This document shows positions 42,305 through 52,093 of a DNA stretch of 64,000 bases, one piece after another. Every line of letters begins with the position of its first letter. Within the stretch, counting starts at the first letter, position 1. This stretch comes from an uncultured Myxococcales bacterium (GTDB lineage Bacteria > Myxococcota > Myxococcia > Myxococcales > UBA5297). A program made the translations under genes and the position numbers. The notes under the pieces were generated by a model. It was not told where the DNA came from and made no database searches. It saw nothing but the letters and a program-made list of their open reading frames with translations. The DNA is taken from positions 90,817 through 154,816 of the forward strand of contig CALEOC010000253.1 of assembly GCA_937910285.1 (NCBI GenBank). Reading direction: 5' to 3'.

Positions 42305-45300
42305 ATGCCGACAGCCGCCGAGCGCGTTGAGTCTGTTGATCTCATGCGCCTGCTCTCGGCAATTCCCGTGGGGATCGCTCACCTGACCAACGAGCGGATC
42401 GACTACGTCAACCCCGCCCTCCTCGAGCTGCTCGAGCGGACCGAGGAGACGATGCTGGGCGCTCGGTTCGTCGAGCTGGTCCACCCCGACGATCGCCCCG
42501 CGGTCGAGGCGCGCTACCGGGCGCGCGTTGCCGGCGACAAGGCGGTGCCGCCGAGCTACGAGACCACGCTGCGGCGCGGCGACGGCTCGGAGGTGCGGGT
42601 CGAGCTCGAGCCCAAGGCACTCGGCGAGCGAGAGCTGCTCGTGTTGGTGCGCGACGTGACCGGCCGGGTGCGGGACAGCGCCCTGCTCGCGGCGCTCTCC
42701 TCGGTCGCCCTCCAGGTGCAGCGGGCGCGCACGCCGCGCGAGGTGCTGTGGGCGGCCGCCGAGGGGCTGCGCGAGCTCGGGATGAACCTGGCGGCCTTGC
42801 GTCTGGCCGGTCCGGACGAGCTCGTCGTCGAGTGCCTGAGCCTCGACGAGGGGAGCCTTCGCGCGCTCGAGTCGGTCTTCGGCGCTCCCTGGCGCTCATG
42901 GCGCTTTGCCCTGGCGGACCTGCCGATGAGCTCGCGCGCCTTGGCCGAGAGGCGCAACCTCTTCGACAGGGCGGTGGTCGAGGACCTCGTCCGCATCGCG
43001 CGCCGCAGCTCGTCCTCCCGAGCCGCCCAGGCAGAGGAGCAGGTTCTGCGTTCGGGCCTGCAGCGGGGCGTCTTGTGCCCGCTGTTTGTCCACGGCCAGC
43101 CCTGGGGGTTTTTGGACATTGCCTCGGCGACCCTGACCGCAAGCGACGCGGCGGCCGTCGGCCTGTTCGCCTCGAAGGTCGCCTCGGCGCTCGAGGTGAC
43201 CTCGACCATCGCCGAGCTCGAGCGCAAGAACCGCGAGCTCGCCGCTATCCAGGAGCTCGCCGAGGCGGGCAGCGAGACAGATTTCGAGCTGCTGCTGCCC
43301 GAGCTTCTGCGCATCGCCTGCGGGGCCGTGCGGAGCGACGCGGGGGCCCTCTACCTGCTGGACGGCAACCGCGCCCAGTTCATCCTGGCCGCCGACCATG
43401 GCGGCATCGCCGCCTTGCGTTCGAAGCACAGCGTCCTGCCCATCGGCTCGCCCATCGGCCGCGCGGCCCTCACCCTCGAGTCGACCGCTCTGGGAACGAG
43501 CCCCCTGCTCGCCGATTTCTCGCGGGAGCTGGCCGCCGAGGGCATCTGCGAGATGGCGCTCGTTCCTCTGCACATCAAGGGGCGGCTCGCCGGTACGCTG
43601 AACCTGGCGCGCTGCAGGCCAGAGCCCTTCTCCGAGGACGAGCTGCGGTTCGCCTCACAGCTCAGCGGGCAGGTTGCTATCCAGGTTGAGAACGCGCGTC
43701 TGTACTCGGACACCAGCCGGCGCGTCAAGCTGCTCACCGTGCTCTTTGGCCTCAGCCGCATGGGAGCCGAGGCGCTTGAGGTCGCACCGCTGGTCGAGCG
43801 GGTGCTCGACAAGGTCTCTGAGGCCGTCCCGGTCGAGGCCGTGGCGCTGCACCTGCTCGAAGGCGATTGCCTGCGCCTTGCGGGCGAGAGGGGCGAGGGC
43901 GGAGGCTGGGACAAGGAGACCGCCATCCCGCTCGATCGCCAGATGCTCTGCGGGCGGGCAGCCATTGAGCGGCGCACGCAGGTGGTCGACTTGTCCTTGT
44001 GGCCCGAGCGCGGCGGCGGGGAGCTTGCGCGCAGTCGCGGGATGATGCATGCGGCCTCGGTGCCTCTGGTCGCCAGCGACCGCCTCATCGGCACCCTGTG
44101 TGTGCTGCGGCGCGCCGACCGCGCCTTCGTCGACGAGGAGATTGGCCTGCTCGAGAGCAGCGCCGCGCAGATCTCCTTGGCCATCGAAAGGGCCAGGCTC
44201 TTCGAGCGGGAGCGCAAGCGGGTCGAGGAGCTGCAGCTTTTCCTCGAGGTCGGACGGGTCATCACCGCCTCGCTCGACCTTGAGCTCATCCTCGAGTCCT
44301 CGGCGGCGAGCATGGCGCGCATGGCCGAGGCGACGCACGCCTTTGTCCTGCTGCAGGAGCCCTGCAAGCGGGTGCTCAGAGGCGTAGTCGCCTCGGCCCC
44401 CGAGCACCGGGATCACTTCCGCACCGTGCGCCTCTCGCTCGACGCGGCCTCCGCGGCGGCTCTGGCGGTCAGGACCCGCGCCCCGGTGCGGGTCGCCGAC
44501 ACCAAGGGGTCCAACCTGGTGTGCCGCGAGCTTGTCGAGAGCTACTCACAGAAGAGCGTGCTCGCGCTGCCGCTGCTGGTGCGCGGCGAGCCCATCGGCG
44601 CGGTGCTCATCGGCGATGCGCGCTGGCCGCGCGCCTGGAGCGAGGCCCAGAGCGATCGCGCGATGGCCGTGGCGCGCCAGGTCGCCGTCTCGGTGGCGAA
44701 CGCGCGGCTCTACGAGGACTTGAAGCGCAGCTACGACCAGCTCGCCCGGGCCCAGGAGGAGCTGGTCAAGCGCGAGAGGCTCGCGGCCCTCGGCGAGCTG
44801 TCGGCCGTGGTCGCCCACGAGGTGCGCAACCCCCTGGGCGTCATCTTCAATTCGCTCGGTTCGCTGCGCCGGGTGCTGCACCCGAGCGGCGACGCGGCGA
44901 TGCTGCTCGACATCGTGGGCGAGGAGGCCGACCGGCTCAACCGCATCGTCGGCGAGCTGCTCGACTTTGCGCGGCCCTCCGATCCCGCGCTGCAGCTCGA
45001 GCCGCTCCTCGAGGTGCTGGGGGCCGCGGCCGAGGCGGCCGCGCCCATCGCCGAGCCGGCCGGAGTGCAGATAAAGATCGAGGCGCCCGAGCCATCGCTG
45101 CGCGCGCCGGTCGACGCTCACATGCTGCGACAGGCGCTGCTGAACCTGATCATCAACGCTATCCAGGCGATGCCCAAGGGCGGCACGGTGGCCGTCGCGG
45201 CGTCGACCGAGGAGCACCAGGGGCGCAGGCTTGCCCGCATCGAGGTCTCGGACACCGGCGCCGGGATCTCCCCGGACCTCGCCGGCCGCATCTTCCAGCC

Positions 45301-45448
45301 GTTCTTCACGACCAAGGCCTCGGGGACCGGGCTCGGGCTGACGGTCGTCAAGCGCACCGTCGAGGCTCACCGCGGCGAGCTTGACCTCGAGTCGCCTCCG
45401 GGACGCGGCGCGAGATTCGTCCTGCGGCTGCCGCTCGAGCAGCGGTAG
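42305..45448 (+). CDS. Multi-domain sensor histidine kinase (PAS, tandem GAF domains, HisKA, HATPase_c)
   Basis: The H-box is LAALGELSAVVAHEVRNPLG. The G-boxes are DTGAGI and GTGLGLTVV. The N-terminus carries a PAS domain and several GAF-like modules. Confidence 0.85.
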   Translation: MPTAAERVESVDLMRLLSAIPVGIAHLTNERIDYVNPALLELLERTEETMLGARFVELVHPDDRPAVEARYRARVAGDKAVPPSYETTLRRGDGSEVRVELEPKALGERELLVLVRDVTGRVRDSALLAALSSVALQVQRARTPREVLWAAAEGLRELGMNLAALRLAGPDELVVECLSLDEGSLRALESVFGAPWRSWRFALADLPMSSRALAERRNLFDRAVVEDLVRIARRSSSSRAAQAEEQVLRSGLQRGVLCPLFVHGQPWGFLDIASATLTASDAAAVGLFASKVASALEVTSTIAELERKNRELAAIQELAEAGSETDFELLLPELLRIACGAVRSDAGALYLLDGNRAQFILAADHGGIAALRSKHSVLPIGSPIGRAALTLESTALGTSPLLADFSRELAAEGICEMALVPLHIKGRLAGTLNLARCRPEPFSEDELRFASQLSGQVAIQVENARLYSDTSRRVKLLTVLFGLSRMGAEALEVAPLVERVLDKVSEAVPVEAVALHLLEGDCLRLAGERGEGGGWDKETAIPLDRQMLCGRAAIERRTQVVDLSLWPERGGGELARSRGMMHAASVPLVASDRLIGTLCVLRRADRAFVDEEIGLLESSAAQISLAIERARLFERERKRVEELQLFLEVGRVITASLDLELILESSAASMARMAEATHAFVLLQEPCKRVLRGVVASAPEHRDHFRTVRLSLDAASAAALAVRTRAPVRVADTKGSNLVCRELVESYSQKSVLALPLLVRGEPIGAVLIGDARWPRAWSEAQSDRAMAVARQVAVSVANARLYEDLKRSYDQLARAQEELVKRERLAALGELSAVVAHEVRNPLGVIFNSLGSLRRVLHPSGDAAMLLDIVGEEADRLNRIVGELLDFARPSDPALQLEPLLEVLGAAAEAAAPIAEPAGVQIKIEAPEPSLRAPVDAHMLRQALLNLIINAIQAMPKGGTVAVAASTEEHQGRRLARIEVSDTGAGISPDLAGRIFQPFFTTKASGTGLGLTVVKRTVEAHRGELDLESPPGRGARFVLRLPLEQR

Positions 45449-45518
45449 GCGGCGCGGCTTGCGCAGGCGCGAGCCCAGCGCCCCTCGCCCGGAATGCGGC
45501 CTGCCATGCGGCCTGTCG

Positions 45519-46433
45519 CTAGGCGACCTGCAGGTACTCCTTCTTCACCAGCTCGACCAGAAGCAGGCTCGCCTCGAGATCCGAGCCGTCGGCCTTGTCG
45601 ATGATCGTCTGCGTCGTGCCCGTGTTGTAGACGAGCTGCAGCATGTCGAGCTGTTCGGGGCTCAGGTCGCGCAGCGGCGCGTTGAGCGGCATCGCCAGGG
45701 TCAGCCGTGCGTCGGGGGCCGGCAGGTCGTTGGCGATGCGGCGCAGCTCGTCGAGCTGACGCAGGCCCTCCATCAGCAGGGCTTCGGTCGGCTCCTCGAG
45801 CTCGATCATGAAGTCCTGGGGATCGGGGGGCAGCAGCTCGAAGTCGCCGACCTCCCAGCGGATGATGCGGTAGAAGCTCTTGAGCGGGCCGAGGTCGTGG
45901 TTGTCGTCGATGGAGGCGTAGTAGATGCGGCCCTGGCGCAGGTAGATGCGGCCCTCGTGCACGTCCTTGACGAACAGCACGCCGTTCTTTTTCGAGGTGC
46001 CGAAGAGCTGGAGCAGGTCGGGGAGAGGGACCTCTTCGATCTTGCCGGTCATCGAAGAGGAGCGGGTCTGGCGCGCGGCGGCCGCCGCGGCCGCCTCCTC
46101 GAGCTTTTTCTTCACCTGCTGGTCGTCCATCTGCGGGGCATTGCCCTGCGCGACGAGCTTGAGGATGGAGGTGCCGATGAGGACGCGGTCGCCTTCCTTG
46201 AGGCGCGCCTGCTTGATCTTCTCGCCGTTGACGAAGGTGCCGTTGGTCGAGCCGAGGTCCTCGATGAGGATCTTGCCGTCGCTGCAGGTGATTTTGGCGT
46301 GCTTGCGGCTGACCATGTCCTCGACGAGCACCATGTCGAGGTCCGAGGAGCGCCCGACCACGATTTGCTTGCCGGGCTTCACCGGAAACTCGCCGCCCTG
46401 GTACTTGCCCGAAATGAATTTCAAGGCGTACAT
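45519..46433 (-). CDS. FHA-domain protein with C-terminal DUF4388-like domain
   Basis: The FHA core is GRSSDLDMVLVEDMVSRKHAKI...GSTNGTFVNGEKI. Confidence 0.75.
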   Translation of the reverse strand: MYALKFISGKYQGGEFPVKPGKQIVVGRSSDLDMVLVEDMVSRKHAKITCSDGKILIEDLGSTNGTFVNGEKIKQARLKEGDRVLIGTSILKLVAQGNAPQMDDQQVKKKLEEAAAAAAARQTRSSSMTGKIEEVPLPDLLQLFGTSKKNGVLFVKDVHEGRIYLRQGRIYYASIDDNHDLGPLKSFYRIIRWEVGDFELLPPDPQDFMIELEEPTEALLMEGLRQLDELRRIANDLPAPDARLTLAMPLNAPLRDLSPEQLDMLQLVYNTGTTQTIIDKADGSDLEASLLLVELVKKEYLQVA

Positions 46434-46523
46434 CGCCGACCTCGTGCTTGGTTTCTTTTTTTTTCGTTTCGCGAAGCGCAGCGAATCCTACCCGCTGTGC
46501 CCGGGGGCGGGCAAACCGGGGGA

Positions 46524-47231
46524 CTAGGACTTCGAGTCGCAGACGAGGCCCAGGTACATCTCGGCGGTCTTGTTGCCCGGGTTGCGCCGCAGCACCTCTT
46601 CCCATTCGCCAATCGCCTCTTCGGTTCGCCCGAGGCTGTAGAGCACGATGCCGAGCTGAGTGCGGGCAGGCAAGTAATGGGGCGCCTCTTCGACTGCGCG
46701 CCGATACTCGCGAAGCGCTCCGTCCTTGTCGCCCTTGTCGCGAAGTGCCCCGGCGAGCTTGGCGCGCAGATCGACGAAGGTGGGCCCAAGCTCGAGGGCG
46801 CGCCGATACTCGGCGATCGCCGAGTCGAACTGCCCGCTCGAGAGGAACACGTCGCCGATGTCGGCGTACATGTTGGCGATCTTGCCTTTGACGAAGCGGT
46901 CGAGCTCGCCCGGCTGGCTGCCGCCGCGCGAGACGGCTGCCTGGTAGACCTCGCGGGCCTCCTGATACTTGCCCATGTCGTTGTAGATGATGGCCAGGTT
47001 GAGGGCGGCTTCGGTGTAGGCGGGGTTGATCTTGAGCGCGGCCTCGAACGAGCGCTCGGCCCGGGCGAACTGGCCCTGGTCGTGGTAGATGACGCCGAGC
47101 ATGTTGTAGACGTCGGCGAACGAATGGTTCTGCTCGACGACCTGCGACAGGTACTTTTCGGCGCGCCCGTACTGCTTGTGCTGAAAGTAGCTGCGACCGA
47201 GGTTGAGCAGCTCCCTGGCGAATTCGTCCAT
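46524..47231 (-). CDS. Tetratricopeptide-repeat protein
   Basis: It has six or more TPR units (e.g. YNMLGVIYHDQGQFARAERSFEAALKINP). Confidence 0.7.
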   Translation of the reverse strand: MDEFARELLNLGRSYFQHKQYGRAEKYLSQVVEQNHSFADVYNMLGVIYHDQGQFARAERSFEAALKINPAYTEAALNLAIIYNDMGKYQEAREVYQAAVSRGGSQPGELDRFVKGKIANMYADIGDVFLSSGQFDSAIAEYRRALELGPTFVDLRAKLAGALRDKGDKDGALREYRRAVEEAPHYLPARTQLGIVLYSLGRTEEAIGEWEEVLRRNPGNKTAEMYLGLVCDSKS

Positions 47232-47288
47232 GCGTGGCCTCGCTCTGGCGCCCGAGCGCGCAGCCGGGCAGCAGGTGTGCGCTCGAAC

Positions 47289-47930
47289 CTACCTCAGTCC
47301 CTCGGATATGCGAAGGTTCGAGCCTTCGCGCACGAGCCGAAAACGCCGGCGCACCAGCTCCCCGCCCGGCCCGCGCCGCTCCTCGAGGACCTCGGCGTCG
47401 CCGCGCTCGTTGCGCACGTACCACGCCTCGGCCCGGCCCGCGGGCGCCGAGGCGGGCTGTTCGAGCCGTCCGAGCAGCTCTTGGCGCGCCAGGTGCGGAT
47501 CGCTCCAGCGCTGCGCGACCAGCGCGCGCAGCGCCGCCCCGTCGCCGCGCTCGGCGGCCGCCGCGCGGCGCAGCATCAGGGAGAGGATCTCCTGCAGGCC
47601 GGGCAGCGCCGCGCCCGTGGGGCGCCACTGGCCGTCGGCGAGCTCGAAGCCGATGCGCTCGCGCCCAAGGTAGCTGACGCGGGCCTCGGCGACCCTCGCT
47701 TCGGCGTCGACGGTGGCGACGGCGACGAAACGCCCGCCTTCCGGCTTGACGAGGAGGCGGTCGAAGCGCGCCTGGACGAGCTCGACCTGGCCGCCGGGGA
47801 CCTCGAAGCGCGCGCCGCCCTGGCCGAGGAGGACAAGAGCGCGGGCGATCTGCGCCTCCGGCCCGGCGAGCCTCTCGCAGGCCCCGCAGGAGGCCAGCAG
47901 CAGGCCAAGCAGCGCCGCCGGGCGGCTCAC
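47289..47930 (-). CDS. Lipoprotein, unknown function
   Basis: It has a signal peptide plus lipobox (LLLASCGAC). It overlaps bamD by 4 nt. Confidence 0.45.
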   Translation of the reverse strand: MSRPAALLGLLLASCGACERLAGPEAQIARALVLLGQGGARFEVPGGQVELVQARFDRLLVKPEGGRFVAVATVDAEARVAEARVSYLGRERIGFELADGQWRPTGAALPGLQEILSLMLRRAAAAERGDGAALRALVAQRWSDPHLARQELLGRLEQPASAPAGRAEAWYVRNERGDAEVLEERRGPGGELVRRRFRLVREGSNLRISEGLR

Positions 47931-48703
47931 GTCAGGCTCGCGAGCAGGCTCTGGGCGTCGGCGTGGTTGGGGTCGTTCGGCAGGTCGCGGATGAGACGCT
48001 CGAGGGCATCGCGGGCCTTCTCCTTGTCGCCGAGCTTCAGGTGTGCGCCGGCCAGCTTGAAGAGCGCCTCACCCTCCACCTCGGTCCCCGGATACTTCTC
48101 GAGCAGGTGGTCGAGCCTTCCGACCGCTGCGCGCCAGCGCTCGCGGTGGAGGTAGAAGTCGGCGACGTAGAGCTCGTGGCGCGCCAGCCGCAGCCGCACA
48201 TCCTGGTGCAGGCGCTTCGCCTCGGCCGTGTGCTCGGAGCTCGGATAGCGCTCGACGAACAGCCCGAAGGTCTCGAGCGCCTTGCGCACGGCGGTCTGAT
48301 CCTTCTCGGAAGAGGGCGGAAAGATGAAGAAGTCCGAGGGGATGTCCTTGTAGTGCGAGAGCGCCACGCGGAACTCGGCGTAGTCGGACCTCGGGTGGTT
48401 GGGGCGCAGCTTGAGGAAGTTGCGGTAGGCGTCGATGGCCTCGAGGTACTTCTCCTGGCTGAAGTAGGTGTCGCCCACCGCCAGGTCGGCAAGCGCGGCG
48501 TGGCTCGAGTAGGGGAACTTGTAGCGGACGTGCTCGAAGTACTTGAGCGCCTCAAGATGGCGACCATCGTCGAGGGCCTTCTGTCCCCGGCTGAAGTTGA
48601 CCTCGGAGTCGTCGGCGTAGGACGGCTCGCCCGTCGAGTCGAGCGAGGCACAACCGGCGAGCAGCGAGAAGGCTGCGAGGAGCGTCAGGGGCTTGGAAAT
48701 CAT
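47927..48703 (-). CDS. bamD: Outer-membrane protein assembly factor BamD (YfiO)
   Basis: It has a lipobox LLAGCAS and the BamD TPR pattern (ALKYFEHVRYKFPYSSHAALADLAVGDTYFSQEKYLEAIDAY...HPRSDYAEFRVALSHY). Confidence 0.7.
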   Translation of the reverse strand: MISKPLTLLAAFSLLAGCASLDSTGEPSYADDSEVNFSRGQKALDDGRHLEALKYFEHVRYKFPYSSHAALADLAVGDTYFSQEKYLEAIDAYRNFLKLRPNHPRSDYAEFRVALSHYKDIPSDFFIFPPSSEKDQTAVRKALETFGLFVERYPSSEHTAEAKRLHQDVRLRLARHELYVADFYLHRERWRAAVGRLDHLLEKYPGTEVEGEALFKLAGAHLKLGDKEKARDALERLIRDLPNDPNHADAQSLLASLT

Positions 48704-48932
48704 GGCGCGCAGGAAGTTACCCTCAGGGGGCGAATCGGTCAATTCGCCAGTATCTACGGGCTTGTAGGGCTGGCGAGGGAGGCGCCCGTGGAGGGGGCGC
48801 CTCAAGGGCGCCCGACGCGGGGCTCGGGGCCTGCCTCACCGGTCCCCAGGGTGCGCGTCCAGGCCCAGGCAGGCATGAGGGCAGGATCGTCTCGGGCCCC
48901 GAGGACTGCAAGAGCAGTGGCGCAGCGCGATT

Positions 48933-49568
48933 TCAGTACGAGGCGGGCTCGGCGGGAGGCTCGCTCGACTGAGGCGGTTGCTCCATCGAGAGTCGGTAGG
49001 TCTCGGCGAGCGCCCGCGTGGTCACCAGGGCGCCCCAGAAGCTCACGAAGAACGCCCCGACGATGCAGGCGAGCGTCCCGACCGACGAGAGCAGACCGAC
49101 GATGAGCGCCATCGCCACGTAGAGCGCGAGGTTGGTCGGGTTTTGCTTGATGTAGGCGAAGACCTGGTCGAGCTCGAAGGCAGCCGAGAAGCGGTTGGTG
49201 ACGAAGTAGCGGGTCAGCGAGGCGGGCACGAGCACCATCGCGGCGAGGCCCATGAGCATCGAGATGCAGGTGCCGAGGCAGGGGATGAACGCCATCAGCA
49301 CGCAGGCGAGCCAGTAGAGGACGTGAATGCCGAGGATAGGCACGCCCTCGGCGAGGTCCTTGCTCACCTCGAACTCGGGCAGCGGCGCGTTCTCGTCGTC
49401 CACGAGCGCGAGAAAGAGCTTCTTCTGGTAGCCCAGCGAGATGAAGGCCCCGACCAGGACGACGGACAGCAGGTGGAACAGCCCGCCGAGCAGGACCTTC
49501 TGAACCCAGCCCGGGTCCTTGAACACGTAGGTGAAGGGCCGTTCGAAGTCGATGGTTCTGGCCGCCAT
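48933..49568 (-). CDS. DUF4013-like integral membrane protein
   Basis: It has 4-5 TM helices and a conserved N-terminus FERPFTYVFKDPGW. AAGGAG lies 7 nt before the ATG. Confidence 0.5.
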   Translation of the reverse strand: MAARTIDFERPFTYVFKDPGWVQKVLLGGLFHLLSVVLVGAFISLGYQKKLFLALVDDENAPLPEFEVSKDLAEGVPILGIHVLYWLACVLMAFIPCLGTCISMLMGLAAMVLVPASLTRYFVTNRFSAAFELDQVFAYIKQNPTNLALYVAMALIVGLLSSVGTLACIVGAFFVSFWGALVTTRALAETYRLSMEQPPQSSEPPAEPASY

Positions 49569-49671
49569 GGAAGGGCTCCTTGTCGCGCTATTTCAAGGCA
49601 GACTCCTTATCGCATTTGCCACAGAGCCTGCTACCGACATGGGCGGGCTGTGGGCCGAGCGCGCTGGCGAC

Positions 49672-49692
49672 CTCTCTCTCTCTCTCTCTCTC
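49672..49692. repeat. (CT)10 / (GA)10 dinucleotide microsatellite
   Basis: It is a perfect 21-nt CT run, ~105 nt upstream of the DUF4013 gene start and ~25 nt downstream of the TerB-like gene stop. Confidence 0.9.
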
Positions 49693-49716
49693 CGCTTTGC
49701 CTCGGGAGCGCCGCCT

Positions 49717-50250
49717 CTAGGCTGCGGACGACAGGCGCGTCCTCACCTCGCCGAGGATCTGGTCGGCTCTCTCGTCGTCGAGGTGAAGCTCGTCCATCAG
49801 CGCGTTGAGCGCCTCGTTGTCCTCGTTCGCCTCCCGGCCGTCGGCGGCCACCACCGCGGCGCACAGACGGAAGGCCGACTCGGCGAGCCCGTGGTCTTCG
49901 CGCAGCAGCCGGCCCACCGTCTCCACCCGGGCGGCAAAGCCTTCGGCCTCCAGCCTCTCGGCAAACGCGGCGAGCAGCTCCTCGATCTCTCCGGGGTCCA
50001 ACTCCGCCGAGGTCATCTCGTGGAGCACCGAGCGCGCCGCGTCCTCTTCCTCCTCCATGACGCGTCCCTCGACGGCGATCATCAGGAAGAGCGCCTCCAG
50101 CGCCCCGAGGACCTTCGAGGCGGCTGCGTTCTCGGCGAGCAGCCGGTCCTCGGCGTCGTGGATGCTCCGCAGGCCGGCGGCAAAGCCCTCGCTCGGCTCC
50201 TCGCCACCCGCACGACCGGCCAGCACAACGAACTTGTCGCAATCGAACAT
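49717..50250 (-). CDS. TerB-like (tellurite-resistance TerB / DjlA-N-like) acidic helical protein
   Basis: It has a two-fold internal repeat with LLAENAAASKV...AVEG.. / AVVAADGREANEDNEALNALMDEL, characteristic of TerB. Confidence 0.4.
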   Translation of the reverse strand: MFDCDKFVVLAGRAGGEEPSEGFAAGLRSIHDAEDRLLAENAAASKVLGALEALFLMIAVEGRVMEEEEDAARSVLHEMTSAELDPGEIEELLAAFAERLEAEGFAARVETVGRLLREDHGLAESAFRLCAAVVAADGREANEDNEALNALMDELHLDDERADQILGEVRTRLSSAA

Positions 50251-50469
50251 GGCTTTGCCCCCGTCAGGCGCGCTGCTTTGTCAAAGGGGGCGCAGCGGTA
50301 GCAGGGGCTCCCGGGACTGGCCACAGGCAAAACCGGGGGAAGCGGGCAACCATCGACAAGTGGAGACTTCCGGCAACCCGCTCTTTCGCGCCCGAACGAG
50401 AAGAGGGCCCCCGCGTCGGCGGGAGCCCTCGCATACTGCGCGGCACGGGCGCGGGGGGGCGCGCCCGGG

Positions 50470-51855
50470 TTAGAACCGCTCGATCTCGAAGCCCGGGTCG
50501 TTGGGATCCGGCTGGTTCGACTGCGGCGCGGCGGGCCGCGCCGGCTGCTGCGTCGGCTGTTGCATTGGCATCGCCGGCATGCCCGGGCTGCTCGGATAGC
50601 GCGGCTGGCCGGGCATTTGACCCATCATCGGCGCCATGGGGGCCATCGGAGGCGCGGCGGGATTGGTCGGATAACGCTGCTGAGGCACCGGGGGCGCGGT
50701 CGGCGAGGAGGTCGGGTACCGCTGTCCGGGGGCAGGCACCGGCGCCGCGGGCTTCTCGAAGTCGTCCCAGGAAGAGTCGCTGGTGCCGCTGATGCCCGAG
50801 ACGCGCAGCGCGAAGTCGTCGGGGTTGGAGGTCTGGCGCAGCGCCTCCTCGTAGGAGACCAGGCCCTGCTGCAGCAGCGACATCAGCGACTGATCGAAGG
50901 TCTGCATGCCGTAGGTCTGGTGACCTTGGGCGATCGCATCGGTCAGCTCCCGGGTGCGGTCTTTGTCCTCGACCATCTCGCGCACGCGGGCCGTGGCGAC
51001 CAGCACCTCGACCGCGGCGACCCGGCCACGCCCGTCGGCCCGCGGCACGAGGCGCTGGCTGACCACGGCCTTGAGCACGGCGCCAAGCTGCATGCGCACC
51101 TGCTTCTGCTGGTAGGGCGGGAAGACCGAGATGATCCGGTTGATGGTCTCGGTGGCGTCCAGGGTGTGCAGCGTGGACATGACCAGGTGGCCGGTCTCGG
51201 CCGCGGTCAGCGCGGTCTCGATGGTCTCGATGTCGCGCATTTCGCCGACGAGGATGACGTCCGGGTCCTGGCGCAGCGCGCTCTTGAGCGCTTGGCCGAA
51301 GCTGAGCGTGTCGACGCCCACCTCGCGCTGATTGACGATCGACCGCTTGTCGCGGATGAGGAACTCGATCGGATCCTCGATCGTCATGATGTGGCAGGTT
51401 TCGTTGGAGTTGACGTGGTCGACCATCGCCGCCAGCGTGGTCGACTTGCCCGAGCCGGTCGTGCCGGTCACGAGGATGAGGCCGCGCTGGGAGAGGGCGA
51501 TCTTCTCGAGCACCTTGGGCAGCATGAGCTGCTCGCAGGTGAGGATCTTGAAGGGGATGACGCGAAGGACCGCGCCGATGGTGCCGCGCTGCTGGAAGAC
51601 GTTGACGCGAAATCGCCCCAGGCCGGGCACGCCGTAGGCCAGGTCTATCTCGTTGGTCTGCTTGAACTTCTCCTTCTGGTAGTCGTTCATGATGCTGAAC
51701 GCCATCCGCGCGATCTCCTCGGGCGGCAGCCGGCGGGCGTCCTTGAGCGGCACCAGCGAGCCATCGACGCGGAACATCGGCGGCAGACCGGCCTTGAGGT
51801 GGATGTCCGAGGCTCCACCGCGCAGCGCTATCTGCAGGATTTCATTCAACTCCAT
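50470..51855 (-). CDS. pilT: Type IV pilus retraction ATPase PilT-family protein with ~120-aa Pro/Gln-rich C-terminal extension
   Basis: MELNEILQIALRGGASDIHLKAGLPPMFRVDG..., Walker A GTTGSGKSTT and an AIRNLIRE-equivalent are present. The tail is PAAPVPAPGQRYPT...QQRYPTNPAAPPMAPMAPMMGQMPGQPRYP. Confidence 0.85.
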   Translation of the reverse strand: MELNEILQIALRGGASDIHLKAGLPPMFRVDGSLVPLKDARRLPPEEIARMAFSIMNDYQKEKFKQTNEIDLAYGVPGLGRFRVNVFQQRGTIGAVLRVIPFKILTCEQLMLPKVLEKIALSQRGLILVTGTTGSGKSTTLAAMVDHVNSNETCHIMTIEDPIEFLIRDKRSIVNQREVGVDTLSFGQALKSALRQDPDVILVGEMRDIETIETALTAAETGHLVMSTLHTLDATETINRIISVFPPYQQKQVRMQLGAVLKAVVSQRLVPRADGRGRVAAVEVLVATARVREMVEDKDRTRELTDAIAQGHQTYGMQTFDQSLMSLLQQGLVSYEEALRQTSNPDDFALRVSGISGTSDSSWDDFEKPAAPVPAPGQRYPTSSPTAPPVPQQRYPTNPAAPPMAPMAPMMGQMPGQPRYPSSPGMPAMPMQQPTQQPARPAAPQSNQPDPNDPGFEIERF

Positions 51856-52093
51856 GCAAGACTCCCTCGGACCCTGCCGGTCCGATGGGGGCGGCTTGTC
51901 GCCCCCGGTTGTAAGGATGCCCGATGATAGCAAAGCGTCGACACCAGCCCCAAGGGGGCGATCGGCGGGCGCTCACATTGAACGAGCGGGGGGCCCGGCG
52001 CTCGGTCGGCCGCGCGAAAAGGACCGAAGCGCCCGCAAGGCTTGACGAAGACGCCTCGAGTCTCCCAGGCTCCAGGCGCTCTCGAGGACGGCC

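Noticed and set aside
46441-46462. T9 run (GGTTTCTTTTTTTTTCG) as an intrinsic terminator
   Set aside because: On the strand of the flanking genes (minus) it reads as poly-A immediately upstream of the FHA gene start codon. No preceding GC hairpin is present. It is more likely part of the FHA gene's 5' UTR.
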